Shown: positions 54,524 through 64,000 of the stretch, piece by piece
Layout of the letters: each line of letters starts with the position of its first letter
How positions within the stretch are numbered: position 1 is the first letter of the stretch
NCBI GenBank assembly: GCA_963765205.1
Contig: CAVXVB010000009.1
Span: forward strand, 96,001 to 160,000
Direction of reading: 5' to 3'
Length of the DNA stretch: 64,000 nt
From: an uncultured Verrucomicrobiae bacterium
Lineage (GTDB): Bacteria > Verrucomicrobiota > Verrucomicrobiia > Opitutales > JABDGR01
Notes under the pieces: model-generated
The model's input: the letters and a program-made list of their open reading frames with translations, nothing else
What the model was told of the DNA's origin: nothing
The model's database searches: none
Program-made: the position numbers and the translations under genes

Positions 54524-55426
54524 ATGACCGCACCTGCCCCACGAACCCGCGATTTCAAGGCCACTTTGCTGCGCGAGCGCGCGCGGGTCGAGGCGGCCAT
54601 CGAGAAATGGCTGCCGGGGGTGGAGACGCGGCCGGGGGTGCTGCACGAGGCGATGCGCTACTCGATGCTGGCGGGGGGCAAGCGGTTGCGACCGTTGCTG
54701 GTGCTGGCGGGGCACCGGTTGTTTGCCTCGAAGCTCGACCCGCTGCCGGCAGCGGTAGCGGTCGAGTGCCTGCACACATATAGCCTGATCCACGACGATT
54801 TGCCGTGCATGGACGACTCGGACTTGCGCCGGGGGCGGGCGACGTGCCACAAAAAATTTGGCGAGGCGACGGCGTTGCTGGCGGGGGACGCGCTGCTGAC
54901 ATACGCACTGTGGCTCTTGGCGGACGCTTATAAGAAGCATCCGGCGGTGGCCGCCGAGCTGGTGCGGGTACTGGGGGACGCGGCGGGCTCGACCAAGCTG
55001 ATTGGGGGGCAGATGGAGGACTTGCTGGGTGAAAAGGGCGCACCGAGCGCGGAGCGGCTGGATTTCATCCACCACAACAAGACGGCCGCGCTGATCACGG
55101 CGAGCCTGCTGCTGGGCCTGCGGCTGACGGACGCGCCAAGCGCGAAATTCAAGATCATGGGCGAGGTGGGACGCAACCTGGGCCTGGCGTTCCAGGCGAT
55201 TGACGATATTCTGGATGCGACGGCGTCAGCGGCGGTGCTGGGGAAGACGCCGGGCCTCGACCAGCGCCATGGGAAGCTGACGTATGCGAGCCTCTATGGC
55301 CTGGACGAGGCGCGTGCGAAGGCGCGGGCGCTGACGGCGGCGGCGGTGCGCGGCGCGGAAAAGCTGGGCGGGGACAATTGGTTTTTGCTCGAGTTGATCC
55401 GGGAGTTGGAGCACCGGGTGAATTAG
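54524..55426 (+). CDS. ispA: Polyprenyl (farnesyl/geranylgeranyl) diphosphate synthase
   Basis: GGKRLRP, YSLIHDDLPCMD..DLRRG, GDALL, KTAAL, FQAIDDILD, GKT.G.D. Confidence 0.9.
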   Translation: MTAPAPRTRDFKATLLRERARVEAAIEKWLPGVETRPGVLHEAMRYSMLAGGKRLRPLLVLAGHRLFASKLDPLPAAVAVECLHTYSLIHDDLPCMDDSDLRRGRATCHKKFGEATALLAGDALLTYALWLLADAYKKHPAVAAELVRVLGDAAGSTKLIGGQMEDLLGEKGAPSAERLDFIHHNKTAALITASLLLGLRLTDAPSAKFKIMGEVGRNLGLAFQAIDDILDATASAAVLGKTPGLDQRHGKLTYASLYGLDEARAKARALTAAAVRGAEKLGGDNWFLLELIRELEHRVN

Positions 55427-55611
55427 GGGAGCTTGAAGTGGATTTCACCGCGAAGGCGCATAGGGTGTTTTTTTACGGAATTTATTTTTAGCGTTCTTGG
55501 CGACTTATTTGGTTGGGTTTTTACCACAAAAAACGCAAAGGACACAAAGGGGAAAGGCGGAATAGACTTGTCGCCCAGGCATTCGATCCTTGTGATGGGA
55601 GCGGGAAATAT

Positions 55612-55821
55612 ATGCCGCAAACCCATCAGCGCCGGTCCGCAAAAAAAACGTCCCGCCCGCCAAACGGTTGGCGCGCAGCGGAAGCGGCCGGGGTGGATAT
55701 GTCATTGCTGGAACATTCGCTGAGCCTGAGCGTGTGGGAGCGGCTGGTGGAGCACCAGCGCGCGTTCGAGCTTGTGCAGCTATTGCAAAACGCGAAAATC
55801 AAGCCGCCATGCAAAACCTGA
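55612..55821 (+). CDS. Small partner ORF of the second nucleotidyltransferase
   Basis: GVDMSLLEHSLSLSVWERLVEHQRAFEL; overlaps the NTase start. Start position uncertain. Confidence 0.65.
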   Translation: MPQTHQRRSAKKTSRPPNGWRAAEAAGVDMSLLEHSLSLSVWERLVEHQRAFELVQLLQNAKIKPPCKT

Positions 55822-56282
55822 ACGACTTGCTGCAACGCCTGCACGCGCAAGAGGTGGAATTTGTGCTGGTGGGGGGATTTGCGGCAACGGTGCATGGGAG
55901 CACGCTGGTCACCCGCGACCTGGATGTGTGTTGCCGCTTTACCGAGGAAAACCTGCGGCGCATCCACCGGGCGGTGGCGGACTTGCACCCGGCGCACCGG
56001 ATGCGGCCGGATTTGCCGTTCGTCTTGACGCCTGATTTGTGCGCCAGCCTGAAAAATTTGTATTTGAAAACCGACTTGGGTTCCCTGGACTGCCTAGGTG
56101 AAGTGAAGGGTGTGGGCAATTTCGAGGAGGCACGGCAGCATAGCGTGGTGGTGGAGCTGCCGTTCGGAGAGTGCCGGGTGCTGGACTTGGACACCTTAAT
56201 CCGCGCGAAATTGGCCATGAACCGCGGGCATGATCAAATTACCGTGCGGCAATTGCAGGCCATCAAAGACCGGCGGGGTTGA
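55809..56282 (+). CDS. Nucleotidyltransferase (Pol-beta superfamily)
   Basis: FVLVGGFAA..HG....TRDLDVC, LDTLIRAK.A.NR.HD. Confidence 0.85.
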   Translation: MQNLNDLLQRLHAQEVEFVLVGGFAATVHGSTLVTRDLDVCCRFTEENLRRIHRAVADLHPAHRMRPDLPFVLTPDLCASLKNLYLKTDLGSLDCLGEVKGVGNFEEARQHSVVVELPFGECRVLDLDTLIRAKLAMNRGHDQITVRQLQAIKDRRG

Positions 56283-56440
56283 GTCTGGGCGGTGCGCTTG
56301 CGCGGCCGGACAAGGCGGCGTCACCCGGGAAAAATTATTTTGTTCTCATTGCTTCCGGGCCGGGGTCTTTATATAAAGTTGGACAGCGCCGGAGGATGGC
56401 TCGGAGAGCCACCCCCCTCCTCTACCTTTTTCCCCGCCCC

Positions 56441-57178
56441 ATGATTGAAGTCCAGGCATTGACGAAGTTGTTTCGCGACAAGAAGCGCGGGGAATTTCGG
56501 GCGGTGGACGGGGTGAGCTTTCGTTGCGCACCGGGGCAAATCTACGGGTTGCTGGGGGTCAACGGCGCAGGGAAGACGACGTGCCTGCGTTTGCTTTCCA
56601 CGATTTTGCGGCCGAGTTCCGGCACGGCGTGCGTGGCGGGGCACGATATTGTGGCCGCGCCGCAAAAGGTACGCGCGCGGGTGGGTTTTCTCTCGACGGC
56701 GACGGCGCTGTATGACCGGTTGACGGCGCGGGAATTCGTGGAATATTTCGGACGGCTCAACGGGCTGGCGGAAAAGGTGCTGCGTGAGCGGGTGGACTCG
56801 CTGTTCACGCTGCTGGAGATGGAGGAGTTCCGCGACCGGCGGTGCGCGAAGCTTTCGACGGGGATGAAGCAAAAGGTCTCGATTGCGCGGGCGCTGGTGC
56901 ATGACCCGGCGGTGATGATCTTCGACGAGCCGACGCTGGGGCTGGACGTGCTGACGGCGCGGACGATTGTGGGCTTCATCCGCGACTGCCGGGCGCGGGG
57001 TAAGACGGTGATCTTCTCGTCGCACGTGATGAGCGAGGTCGAGAAGCTGTGCGACGTGGTGGGGATCATCCATGACGGGCGCATCCTGGCCGAGGGGACG
57101 GTGGCGCAATTGCGCGAGCGCACGGGGCTGGCCGACCTCGAGGATGTGTTCGTGAAAATCGTGGAGGGGCGGCCATGA
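56441..57178 (+). CDS. ABC transporter ATP-binding protein (NatA-like)
   Basis: [27 protein letters not shown]. Confidence 0.92.
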   Translation: MIEVQALTKLFRDKKRGEFRAVDGVSFRCAPGQIYGLLGVNGAGKTTCLRLLSTILRPSSGTACVAGHDIVAAPQKVRARVGFLSTATALYDRLTAREFVEYFGRLNGLAEKVLRERVDSLFTLLEMEEFRDRRCAKLSTGMKQKVSIARALVHDPAVMIFDEPTLGLDVLTARTIVGFIRDCRARGKTVIFSSHVMSEVEKLCDVVGIIHDGRILAEGTVAQLRERTGLADLEDVFVKIVEGRP

Positions 57179-58376
57179 ACCTGCGGCACCTCGGCATTGT
57201 TTACCGGAAGGAGTTGCGCGACCTGCTGCGCGACCGGCGCACGATCATCTCGATGATCGTCGGGCCGGTGATCATCATGCCGCTGCTGACCATCGGGATG
57301 GGGGCGCTGGCGATGCAGCAGATTAACAAAACGATGGCGGAGACCGCGCACGCGATGATTCTGGGGGGGAGGATTCGCCGAAGACGGTGGCGGGGTTGCA
57401 GGGGATGAAGAATTTTGAATTTGTGCCGGCCAGTCCGGATTACCGGCAAATGATTTCTGAGAAAAAAGTCGGCGCGGTGGTGGACATCCCGCCGGGTTTC
57501 GAGACGGCGCTGCAAAACGGCGCGCCGGCGACCATCCAGATTTACACCTACGAAGGGGAAATCAAATCGGAGACCGCGGCGGACGGCTTGCGGGGATATT
57601 TCGAGAATCTGCGCACGCAGACGGTGGATGAGCGGCTGGCCCAGCACCAACTGCCAAAAGAAATGATCCATCCCTTCGCCATCGAGACCACGAATGTGGC
57701 GCCACCGGAAAAAGTGAGCGGCAACGTGCTGGGGGCGATCATCCCCTACTTCGTGCTAATGACGTGCCTGGCGAGTTCGTTTTATCCGGCGATTGACCTG
57801 ACGGCGGGGGAAAAGGAGCGCGGCACGATGGAGACGTTGTTGTGCGCGCCGGTGCAACGCATTTATTTTGCGCTGGGCAAATGCCTGGTGGTGCTGACGG
57901 TTTCGCTCACGACGATGGTGCTGATGTTTTTTTCGGCGGGCATTTCCCTCCACACCGTGGCCGCGAAGGGGTCGGATTTCGCCCGGGAGACCGGCATGCA
58001 ACTGACCATCAACCCGGCTTCGCTGGCGGGGGTGTTTACGGTGATGGTGCCCATGGCGTTGTTTTTCGCGGCGGTGCTGGTGGCCGTGGGGCTGTTTGCG
58101 CGGAGCATGAAGGAGGCGCAGAGCTATGTGCAGCCGCTGATGGTGTTGATGATCATGCCGCTGATGGTTTGCATGCTGCCGGGTTTTGAGTTGAACGCCG
58201 GACTGGCGCTGGTGCCGGTGGTCAATGTGAGTTTGCTGGCGAAGGAGATTCTGTCGGGCACATACCATTGGGGTTATATCGCGGAAGTTTTTGCGTCCTC
58301 CTGCGTTTACGCGGCGGCGGCGCTGGGGTGGGCGGTGGCGATGTTCAACCGCGAGACGGTCATTTTTCGCGTGTGA
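57175..58376 (+). CDS. ABC transporter permease (NatB-like), frameshifted in a G7 run (probable sequencing error)
   Basis: [12 protein letters not shown] and [18 protein letters not shown]. One extra G at 57363-57369 joins the two ORFs as [14 protein letters not shown]. Confidence 0.88.
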
Positions 58377-58419
58377 TTTCGGGATTGTGTGGGGCGGAGC
58401 AACGAAATTATCTTGGTTC

Positions 58420-59625
58420 ATGCCCATACCTCAATCGCGCCTACTCGTTGCTTTATTTCTCTGCGGCTCACTGGCCGCCGCCGCCGCGCCCGCGTCGGCG
58501 CCCGCCCCTGACTTTTCGACCATCGCGCCGAAAATGCAGGCGTTCGTGGACCAGGGCCAGGTGGCGGGAGTGGTCACGCTGGTTGCCACCAAGGACAAAA
58601 TTCTCCACCTCGCCGCCGTTGGCCAGAGCGACCTCGCCACAGGCCGCAAAATGCAACCGGACGATCTGTTCTGGATCGCCTCGATGAGCAAGCCGATGAC
58701 CGCCGTCGCCGTGGCGATGCTCGTGGATGAGGGCAAATTGAGCTTTGACGACCCGGTCGGAAAATATTTGCCGGAATATAACAGCCTTTGGGTGGCGCAG
58801 ACGAGCACCCGCGACCAACGTGTGCTGGCGCCGGCCGCCCGGTCCATCACGCTGCGCGATTTGCTGACGCACACCAGCGGCCTCGGCGAATACCAAGTGA
58901 CCGGGCCGCATTGGACACTTGGGGAGATGGCGCGGGTGTTGTCGCGCGAGCCGCTGCGCTTTGCGCCCGGCAGCCGCTGGGCCTATTCCACCGCAGGGTT
59001 GGATCTGGCGGGGGCGGTGGTCGAAAAAGTGAGCGGGCTGCCTTACGACAAATTTCTGCAAAAACGACTCTTCGATCCGTTGGGCATGAAGGACACGACC
59101 TTCTGGATTTCCCCGGATGAAAAGGCCCGCTATGCTGAAACCTACAAGCGCGACGGCCCAGGCAAAATCTCGCCCACCCCCATCCACTACCTGTATGGCA
59201 CCGAACCCACCGACCATGGCCGCCCACCCCTCGGGGGCGCGGGGTTGTTCTCGACGGCGGCGGATGTCGCCAAATTTTACCAGATGATGCTCAACCATGG
59301 CACCCTCAACGGGCAGCAAATTCTCAAACCGGAGACGGTAACGGAGATGCTGCGGAAGCAAACCGGCGAACTAACGGCCCGGCCCGGGATGCCGTGGGGC
59401 CTGGGTTTTTGCATTATCGAGGACCCGTCGAAAATGGAGGCGAACAACATTTTCTCCGCCGGGTCGTTTGGGCATGGCGGCGCGTTTGGCACCAGCAGTT
59501 GGGCCGATCCGCAGAGCGGCCTTATTTACGTGATTATGCTCGAGCTGGACAACCAAGGCAACCCGGACAACTCGCCGATGCGCATCGAGTTCCAAAAAGC
59601 CGCCGCGGCGGCGCTGGGGCAGTAA
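58420..59625 (+). CDS. Secreted serine hydrolase, beta-lactamase class C/AmpC-like family
   Basis: Signal peptide, FWIASMSK (SxxK), LLTHTSG, WAYS, FGHGGAFGT. Confidence 0.9.
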   Translation: MPIPQSRLLVALFLCGSLAAAAAPASAPAPDFSTIAPKMQAFVDQGQVAGVVTLVATKDKILHLAAVGQSDLATGRKMQPDDLFWIASMSKPMTAVAVAMLVDEGKLSFDDPVGKYLPEYNSLWVAQTSTRDQRVLAPAARSITLRDLLTHTSGLGEYQVTGPHWTLGEMARVLSREPLRFAPGSRWAYSTAGLDLAGAVVEKVSGLPYDKFLQKRLFDPLGMKDTTFWISPDEKARYAETYKRDGPGKISPTPIHYLYGTEPTDHGRPPLGGAGLFSTAADVAKFYQMMLNHGTLNGQQILKPETVTEMLRKQTGELTARPGMPWGLGFCIIEDPSKMEANNIFSAGSFGHGGAFGTSSWADPQSGLIYVIMLELDNQGNPDNSPMRIEFQKAAAAALGQ

Positions 59626-59728
59626 GTTGAAAAAGGTTGGCGACAACTAAAAGGACAGCAGACACCGAACAGCCACCCCCCCTTTTTTTTGCTTTTATTT
59701 CGGACAAAACCTCTCTTTGATACCTGAT

Positions 59729-60919
59729 ATGACTACCCCCCGAAGTCTGTTTGCTGTTTTGTCCATAATTTCTGCGCTGCCAGCTTTGGCCGTTGCCCAG
59801 ACGGCTTCGGCCGGCGCGCCCGCGCCGGCGGCGTCCTCCGCCACGGCTTCCACGCCGGCCACTCCTGCGCCCGCCGCCGCCACTGGCGGTCGTGGCCGGG
59901 GCGCGCGCCCAGCACCGCCCAACACGACGATGGGCCTGCCGCCGACGATTTCGCCGGACGCCAAAGTCGAGAAACTCGCCGCGTTGCCAACCGAAAGTTA
60001 CACGGTGGACGGAACACCCTTCACCGAGGGCACCACTTGCGCGCCGAATGGTGACGTTTATTTCATCGAGCAAAACAGCGACAAGATCATGCACTGGGAT
60101 GTCACGAACAAAACCCTGAGCGTGTTCATGCACCCCTGCGGCTATTCCAACGGCATGTGCTTCGATTACCACGGCAATCTGATTTCCTGCGCCGACGAAC
60201 GAAACGAGCTGTGGTCCATTTCGATCACGGAGACCGAGACGGTGCCCTACCCCCAGCCGCTCAACCCCGCGGTGGGAGATCCGGTCAAACCGGGCAACAT
60301 CACCCGCCCCAAACACACGGTGCTCGTGACGGATTACCAGGGCAAACTCCTCGACGGCCCCAATGACGTGTGGGTGCGGCCCGACGGCGGGATGTATTTG
60401 ACCGACCCTTATTACGCCCGCAAGTGGTGGGCGCCCGGACGCCAGGCGGAGCAGCCGTTGAAAACCGTTTACTATCTCTCGCCCGATTACAAGAAGCTCA
60501 CGCGCGTGCTCGACCAATTTAATTCGCCCAATGGCCGGAACGGCACGCCCAATGGCATCGCCGGCACGCCCGACGGCAAGACGCTCTACGTCTCCGACAT
60601 TGACGGCGGCCAAACGTGGGGCTTCGACATCCAGCCCGACGGCTCGCTGACCAATAAAAAGCTCGTCTGCTCCTTCGGCTCCGACGGGATGACACTCGAC
60701 AACCAGGGCAATCTCTACATGAGCGTGGGCGGCGGGCGGCCCGGCGGTGTCACGGTGGTGGACACCAAGACCGGGAAGCAGATCGGGTATATCGCCATGC
60801 CGGAATCGCCGGCCAACATGTGCTTTGGGGGCAAGGACCGCCAGACGCTCTACATTTGCGCCCGCACGGGGTTTTACTGCATTAAAACCAACGTCAAAGG
60901 CGCGAACCCAGGGAAGTGA
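59729..60919 (+). CDS. Secreted SMP-30/gluconolactonase family protein
   Basis: FTEG, SNGM, GPND, TDP, PNGI, SDGMTLD.QGNLY, NMCFGG.D..TLYI. Confidence 0.9.
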   Translation: MTTPRSLFAVLSIISALPALAVAQTASAGAPAPAASSATASTPATPAPAAATGGRGRGARPAPPNTTMGLPPTISPDAKVEKLAALPTESYTVDGTPFTEGTTCAPNGDVYFIEQNSDKIMHWDVTNKTLSVFMHPCGYSNGMCFDYHGNLISCADERNELWSISITETETVPYPQPLNPAVGDPVKPGNITRPKHTVLVTDYQGKLLDGPNDVWVRPDGGMYLTDPYYARKWWAPGRQAEQPLKTVYYLSPDYKKLTRVLDQFNSPNGRNGTPNGIAGTPDGKTLYVSDIDGGQTWGFDIQPDGSLTNKKLVCSFGSDGMTLDNQGNLYMSVGGGRPGGVTVVDTKTGKQIGYIAMPESPANMCFGGKDRQTLYICARTGFYCIKTNVKGANPGK

Positions 60920-60935
60920 TGATGGTTGCTCGCCT

Positions 60936-61010
60936 CGTAGCGCTGAACTTTAGCCAGTGCTCCGGGTTACACGAAGGTAGAAGAAGCGCTGGCTGAAACA
61001 CAGCGCTACG
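60936..61010. repeat. GTAG-headed inverted REP-like pair between convergent genes
   Basis: CGTAGCGCTG..TTAGCCAGTGCT pairs with AGCGCTGGCTGAA..CAGCGCTACG. Confidence 0.65.
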
Positions 61011-61039
61011 AAAATACGTCAATATGGCAATCGCCTCGC

Positions 61040-61591
61040 TCACAGGCTGTAGGTGATGATCGTGCCATCCGGGGTCGAGATCGTCACCTGCGATTGTCCA
61101 TTCTTAATGGTGATTCCCGTGTAGTCCTCGCCGATCACGGAATCGAGCGGATGGAGGTAATTCTCCGTGTCGGTGCCGGTCAGATCATCGTAGCTCGCTC
61201 CCGTCGCGCTGCTGTTATCCAACATATACGACTGCGCCGCGTTGCCAAGCTGGCGCAGGTTGTTTTGGATGGCTTTAATTGCCTCCGGGGTGGCCGGGGT
61301 TATGGGAGGCAGAGAATTTAGGCCGGCAGCAGCGAGGGGTTGCCGGAATGCGGCGACCTGCGCGGGAGTGAGACTCGGGGGTGCAATTTGCGTTTTAGCC
61401 GATGGCGGTGTCGGCGTGACCGGCAGCAACGGACCGGTGATAGTTGGGGCGGTGGCTATCCGAGTGCCCACCGGGGCGGGCATTGATGCGGGTGGCGTGC
61501 CGGGCGCTTCTCCGTTGAACAAATAGAACAAGACCAGAAGCCCGGCGATGATCACGCCCAGAACGACGGCGATTTTGGCGCGGTTGCTCAT
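61040..61591 (-). CDS. Membrane-anchored protein with a Pro-rich linker and pilin-like C-terminal domain
   Basis: N-terminal transmembrane segment; IQNNLRQLGNAAQSYMLDN...YDDL.G...GEDY..I.I. Confidence 0.65.
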   Translation of the reverse strand: MSNRAKIAVVLGVIIAGLLVLFYLFNGEAPGTPPASMPAPVGTRIATAPTITGPLLPVTPTPPSAKTQIAPPSLTPAQVAAFRQPLAAAGLNSLPPITPATPEAIKAIQNNLRQLGNAAQSYMLDNSSATGASYDDLTGTDTENYLHPLDSVIGEDYTGITIKNGQSQVTISTPDGTIITYSL

Positions 61592-61639
61592 ACGATAATG
61601 ATGATCCCCATTATGTATGCCACCGTCAAGCCGCATGCA

Positions 61640-63028
61640 TCACCGCGCCGGTTCGGGCGCGTGGGCGGCACGGGCGGTGTCGCGGGCGAGGTGTTTGACG
61701 CCCCAGAGCCAGAAGACGCCGGCGAGCACGAACATCACGCCGACGAGGAGGAAGGCGCGTTTCATACCATAGCGGTCACCAAGGATGCCGATGACGACGG
61801 GGGAAATAACGTCTCCAAAGGCGTGGATGAAAAAGATGTTGGCGGCGAAGCCCACCGCGCGGATCGAGGGGTGGGTGACGTTGGCGAGAATGGTGTTCGA
61901 GGGGCCGGTATTGAAAAAGAGGCAGAAGCAGGTCGCATACGTCAGCACCCAAATCCCCCAGCCGGGGAAGCCGACGTGCAGCATCCAGACCAACATCGGA
62001 AACCCAAGGAGCATGGCCGCGCCGGAGACGAGGAAATATGCGCCGGGAATGCGGCCGCGCAAGCCGTCACCCAATAGCCCACCGAGGGGCGTCGCCGTCA
62101 GCCCGGCGAGGCAGACGATGCCGCCGAAGGTGAGGCTGACCGCGCCAGGTGACGGCGCGCCGGGGAGTTGGGAAAAATAATAGGGCACCCAGAACGCAAT
62201 GCCGCCGATAGAAAAGGTCATCGCCGCCATGCCGAGCGTGCAGAGCACGTAGGAGGGATTGCGCGCCAGCGCCAGATAGTCGTGCCAGTGCGCGGGCTTG
62301 ACCTCGACGGCACCGTCGGCCTGCCCGCGGGGCGGCTCGCGCATGAAGAAGCAGAGCACCCCGAACGCCAGCCCCGGCGGCACGACGAGATAAAACGCCC
62401 AGCGCCAGCTCTCGGCATGGATGCCGAAGTGTTGCGCGCCCCAGTCGCCGAGGTTGAAATGCAAGGCCGCGCCGCCCAGCGCGAAGCCGAGCGCGCTGCC
62501 GACCGGAATGGCCATGTTGAACCACGCGAGCGCCAGTCCACGATGCTGGACCGGATACATGTCGGATATGACGGTCGGCGCGACCGGCCCGTAGGCGGCC
62601 TCGCCAATCCCGATGAAGCAGCGCGTGAGCAGCAGGACGAGGAAGGTGGGCGCGAGGCCCGAAGCGCCGCTGGCCAGCGACCAGAGGAGCACGCCGATGC
62701 CGATGAGCACGCGGCGCGGGTAGCGGTCGGCCAGATGGCCGAAGATGGGCGCGCCAATCATATAGACCGACATGAAGGCCATCGAAAGAAAACCCATGAA
62801 GGCCAGCTCCGGCTTGAAATGAAGATGCGTCTGCGTCCAATTCTGGATGCCCATGATCAAGTCGCTGTCCGAGCCGGTGGCGCCGGGGGATAAAAAGGTC
62901 GTCTTCACGTCGCCGACGACCGCCGCAAGGACGTAGCGGTCAATGTAATTGAACATGTTGACGGCCAGCAGCAGGGCTAGCACGCCGCGCGCGCCGGGCA
63001 ACCGGGTGGAGGTGGCACCTTCTTTCAT
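61640..63028 (-). CDS. MFS transporter (Spinster-like)
   Basis: NMFNYIDR, GIGEAAYGPVAPTVISD.YP, WRWAF, IHAFGDVISP. Confidence 0.9.
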   Translation of the reverse strand: MKEGATSTRLPGARGVLALLLAVNMFNYIDRYVLAAVVGDVKTTFLSPGATGSDSDLIMGIQNWTQTHLHFKPELAFMGFLSMAFMSVYMIGAPIFGHLADRYPRRVLIGIGVLLWSLASGASGLAPTFLVLLLTRCFIGIGEAAYGPVAPTVISDMYPVQHRGLALAWFNMAIPVGSALGFALGGAALHFNLGDWGAQHFGIHAESWRWAFYLVVPPGLAFGVLCFFMREPPRGQADGAVEVKPAHWHDYLALARNPSYVLCTLGMAAMTFSIGGIAFWVPYYFSQLPGAPSPGAVSLTFGGIVCLAGLTATPLGGLLGDGLRGRIPGAYFLVSGAAMLLGFPMLVWMLHVGFPGWGIWVLTYATCFCLFFNTGPSNTILANVTHPSIRAVGFAANIFFIHAFGDVISPVVIGILGDRYGMKRAFLLVGVMFVLAGVFWLWGVKHLARDTARAAHAPEPAR

Positions 63029-63207
63029 CGGTGCAGTTCTTCGGCCTGCGCCGCGCCGGGGTCAATCTTCAAAATGAATGTCACACGCAATTCACCCCTT
63101 TGGCAGGGTGACTCAGAGGCATAACGGCCAGCCCCCCACCCCTAAAAATAGTGCTTGCGAACGCCGGGCAGGGTGCCCTAGATTAGCTTCTTCTGCCACT
63201 TCCCACT

Positions 63208-63822
63208 ATGAAAACCCCTAAACTTCTTGCTTTGATCACTGCGGTTGGCGCTGCGGCTTTCCTCGCGGTTACCGCTCATGCCCAGACCCCGGCTCCGGCG
63301 GCTGCTTCCGGCTCTGCCGCAGCCGCACCGACCCCCTATACCCTCACGCTGAGTGGCGCGCATATTTGTTGCGGCAATTGCGTGAAAGGCATTACCACCG
63401 CCGTGGCTTCGTTGAATGGCGTCACCGCCGTCGGCAGCACCTCGGATGGGACGATTGCTATCACCGCACCCGATAAAGCCACTGCGCAAAAAGCGGTGGA
63501 TGCTTTGACCGGCGCCGGCTTCTATGGCATGTCCAGTGACGCCGCCATCAAGGTCAACGCCGACACCGGCGCGACCGCGACCAAGGTCAGCAGCCTCACG
63601 ATCTCCAACCTGCACCTGTGCTGCGGCAAGTGCGTCACGGCGGTCAAAGGTATTTTGTCGAAAGTGGACGGCGTGACGGGCAACACTGTCAAGGCGAACG
63701 CTGCGTCCTTCACGGTGACCGGCGATTTCAGCCCGAAGGCGGTGATGGACGCCCTGCAAAAAGGGGGCCTGACCGGCACCGCCGGCGCGACCGTGCCGGA
63801 AGTGACCCCCGCGAAGACCTAA
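63208..63822 (+). CDS. Exported protein with two heavy-metal-associated (HMA-like) domains
   Basis: Signal peptide; HICCGNC and HLCCGKC motifs in duplicated ferredoxin-like units. Confidence 0.78.
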   Translation: MKTPKLLALITAVGAAAFLAVTAHAQTPAPAAASGSAAAAPTPYTLTLSGAHICCGNCVKGITTAVASLNGVTAVGSTSDGTIAITAPDKATAQKAVDALTGAGFYGMSSDAAIKVNADTGATATKVSSLTISNLHLCCGKCVTAVKGILSKVDGVTGNTVKANAASFTVTGDFSPKAVMDALQKGGLTGTAGATVPEVTPAKT

Positions 63823-63850
63823 ATTCCTTCACCGGATTTTCGTCCTTTCC

Positions 63851-63885
63851 AAAACGCCCGCGGCTGCCGCGGGCGTTTTTGTTTT
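63851..63885 (+). terminator. Intrinsic terminator
   Basis: AAAACGCCCGCGG-ctg-CCGCGGGCGTTTT followed by a T-rich tail. Confidence 0.8.
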
Positions 63886-64000
63886 CTCCCGCAACGCGGG
63901 ATTGCCAAGCGGCGTTTTTTCCGGTGGAGTCCTCCGTTCCGCCCCTCCATGCCCGCCGACGCCGCACCGCTGCTCGCCCTCCGCCAAATCGCCAAGTCCT

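Noticed and set aside
54524..55426. ispA displaced from an xseB-ispA-dxs operon by an inversion
   Set aside because: xseB and dxs are only about 40 bp apart with no scar; this cannot be supported without comparative genomes.
58420..59625. Antibiotic-resistance beta-lactamase
   Set aside because: The motifs place it in the broad serine hydrolase/esterase family; no evidence for beta-lactam specificity.

Overview
GC-rich bacterial chromosomal segment, most consistent with Verrucomicrobiota (Opitutales-like): it has a PEP-CTERM surface protein, an ECF sigma factor with a long C-terminal extension, an Opitutae-type pilin head domain, and heptamer/nonamer intergenic repeats. The lineage is inferred, not searched. 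Core genes: apaG, thiS/thiH/thiG, dxs, xseB, an M20 peptidase, an RRM protein, ispA, natAB-like ABC genes and an MFS transporter. These are interleaved with small accessory genes (toxin-antitoxin modules, SseB, DUF4288, a HEPN-like gene) and four IS elements (two IS5/IS4-type, IS630, truncated IS1595). A ~22 kb block (about 26.0-47.9 kb) between the IS1595 remnant and an IS5 element looks like a general/osmotic stress island: cfa, two YciF, CsbD, tandem SYLF, triple BON, a NarL-type regulator and four histidine kinases, including a 2184-aa OsaA/NIK1-like poly-HAMP kinase. The most unusual items are: (i) a ~330-bp composite element (nonamer array, sigma70-like -10 box, C25/C26 tract, hairpin) present twice as a direct repeat around a three-domain esterase gene; (ii) two independent small-ORF plus nucleotidyltransferase modules; (iii) a recurring leaderless-promoter architecture; (iv) a candidate island-specific regulatory motif. 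Several frameshifts lie in homopolymers and may be sequencing errors. No CRISPR array, rRNA, tRNA or reverse transcriptase was seen. All family calls come from motif recognition by eye; no database search was run.
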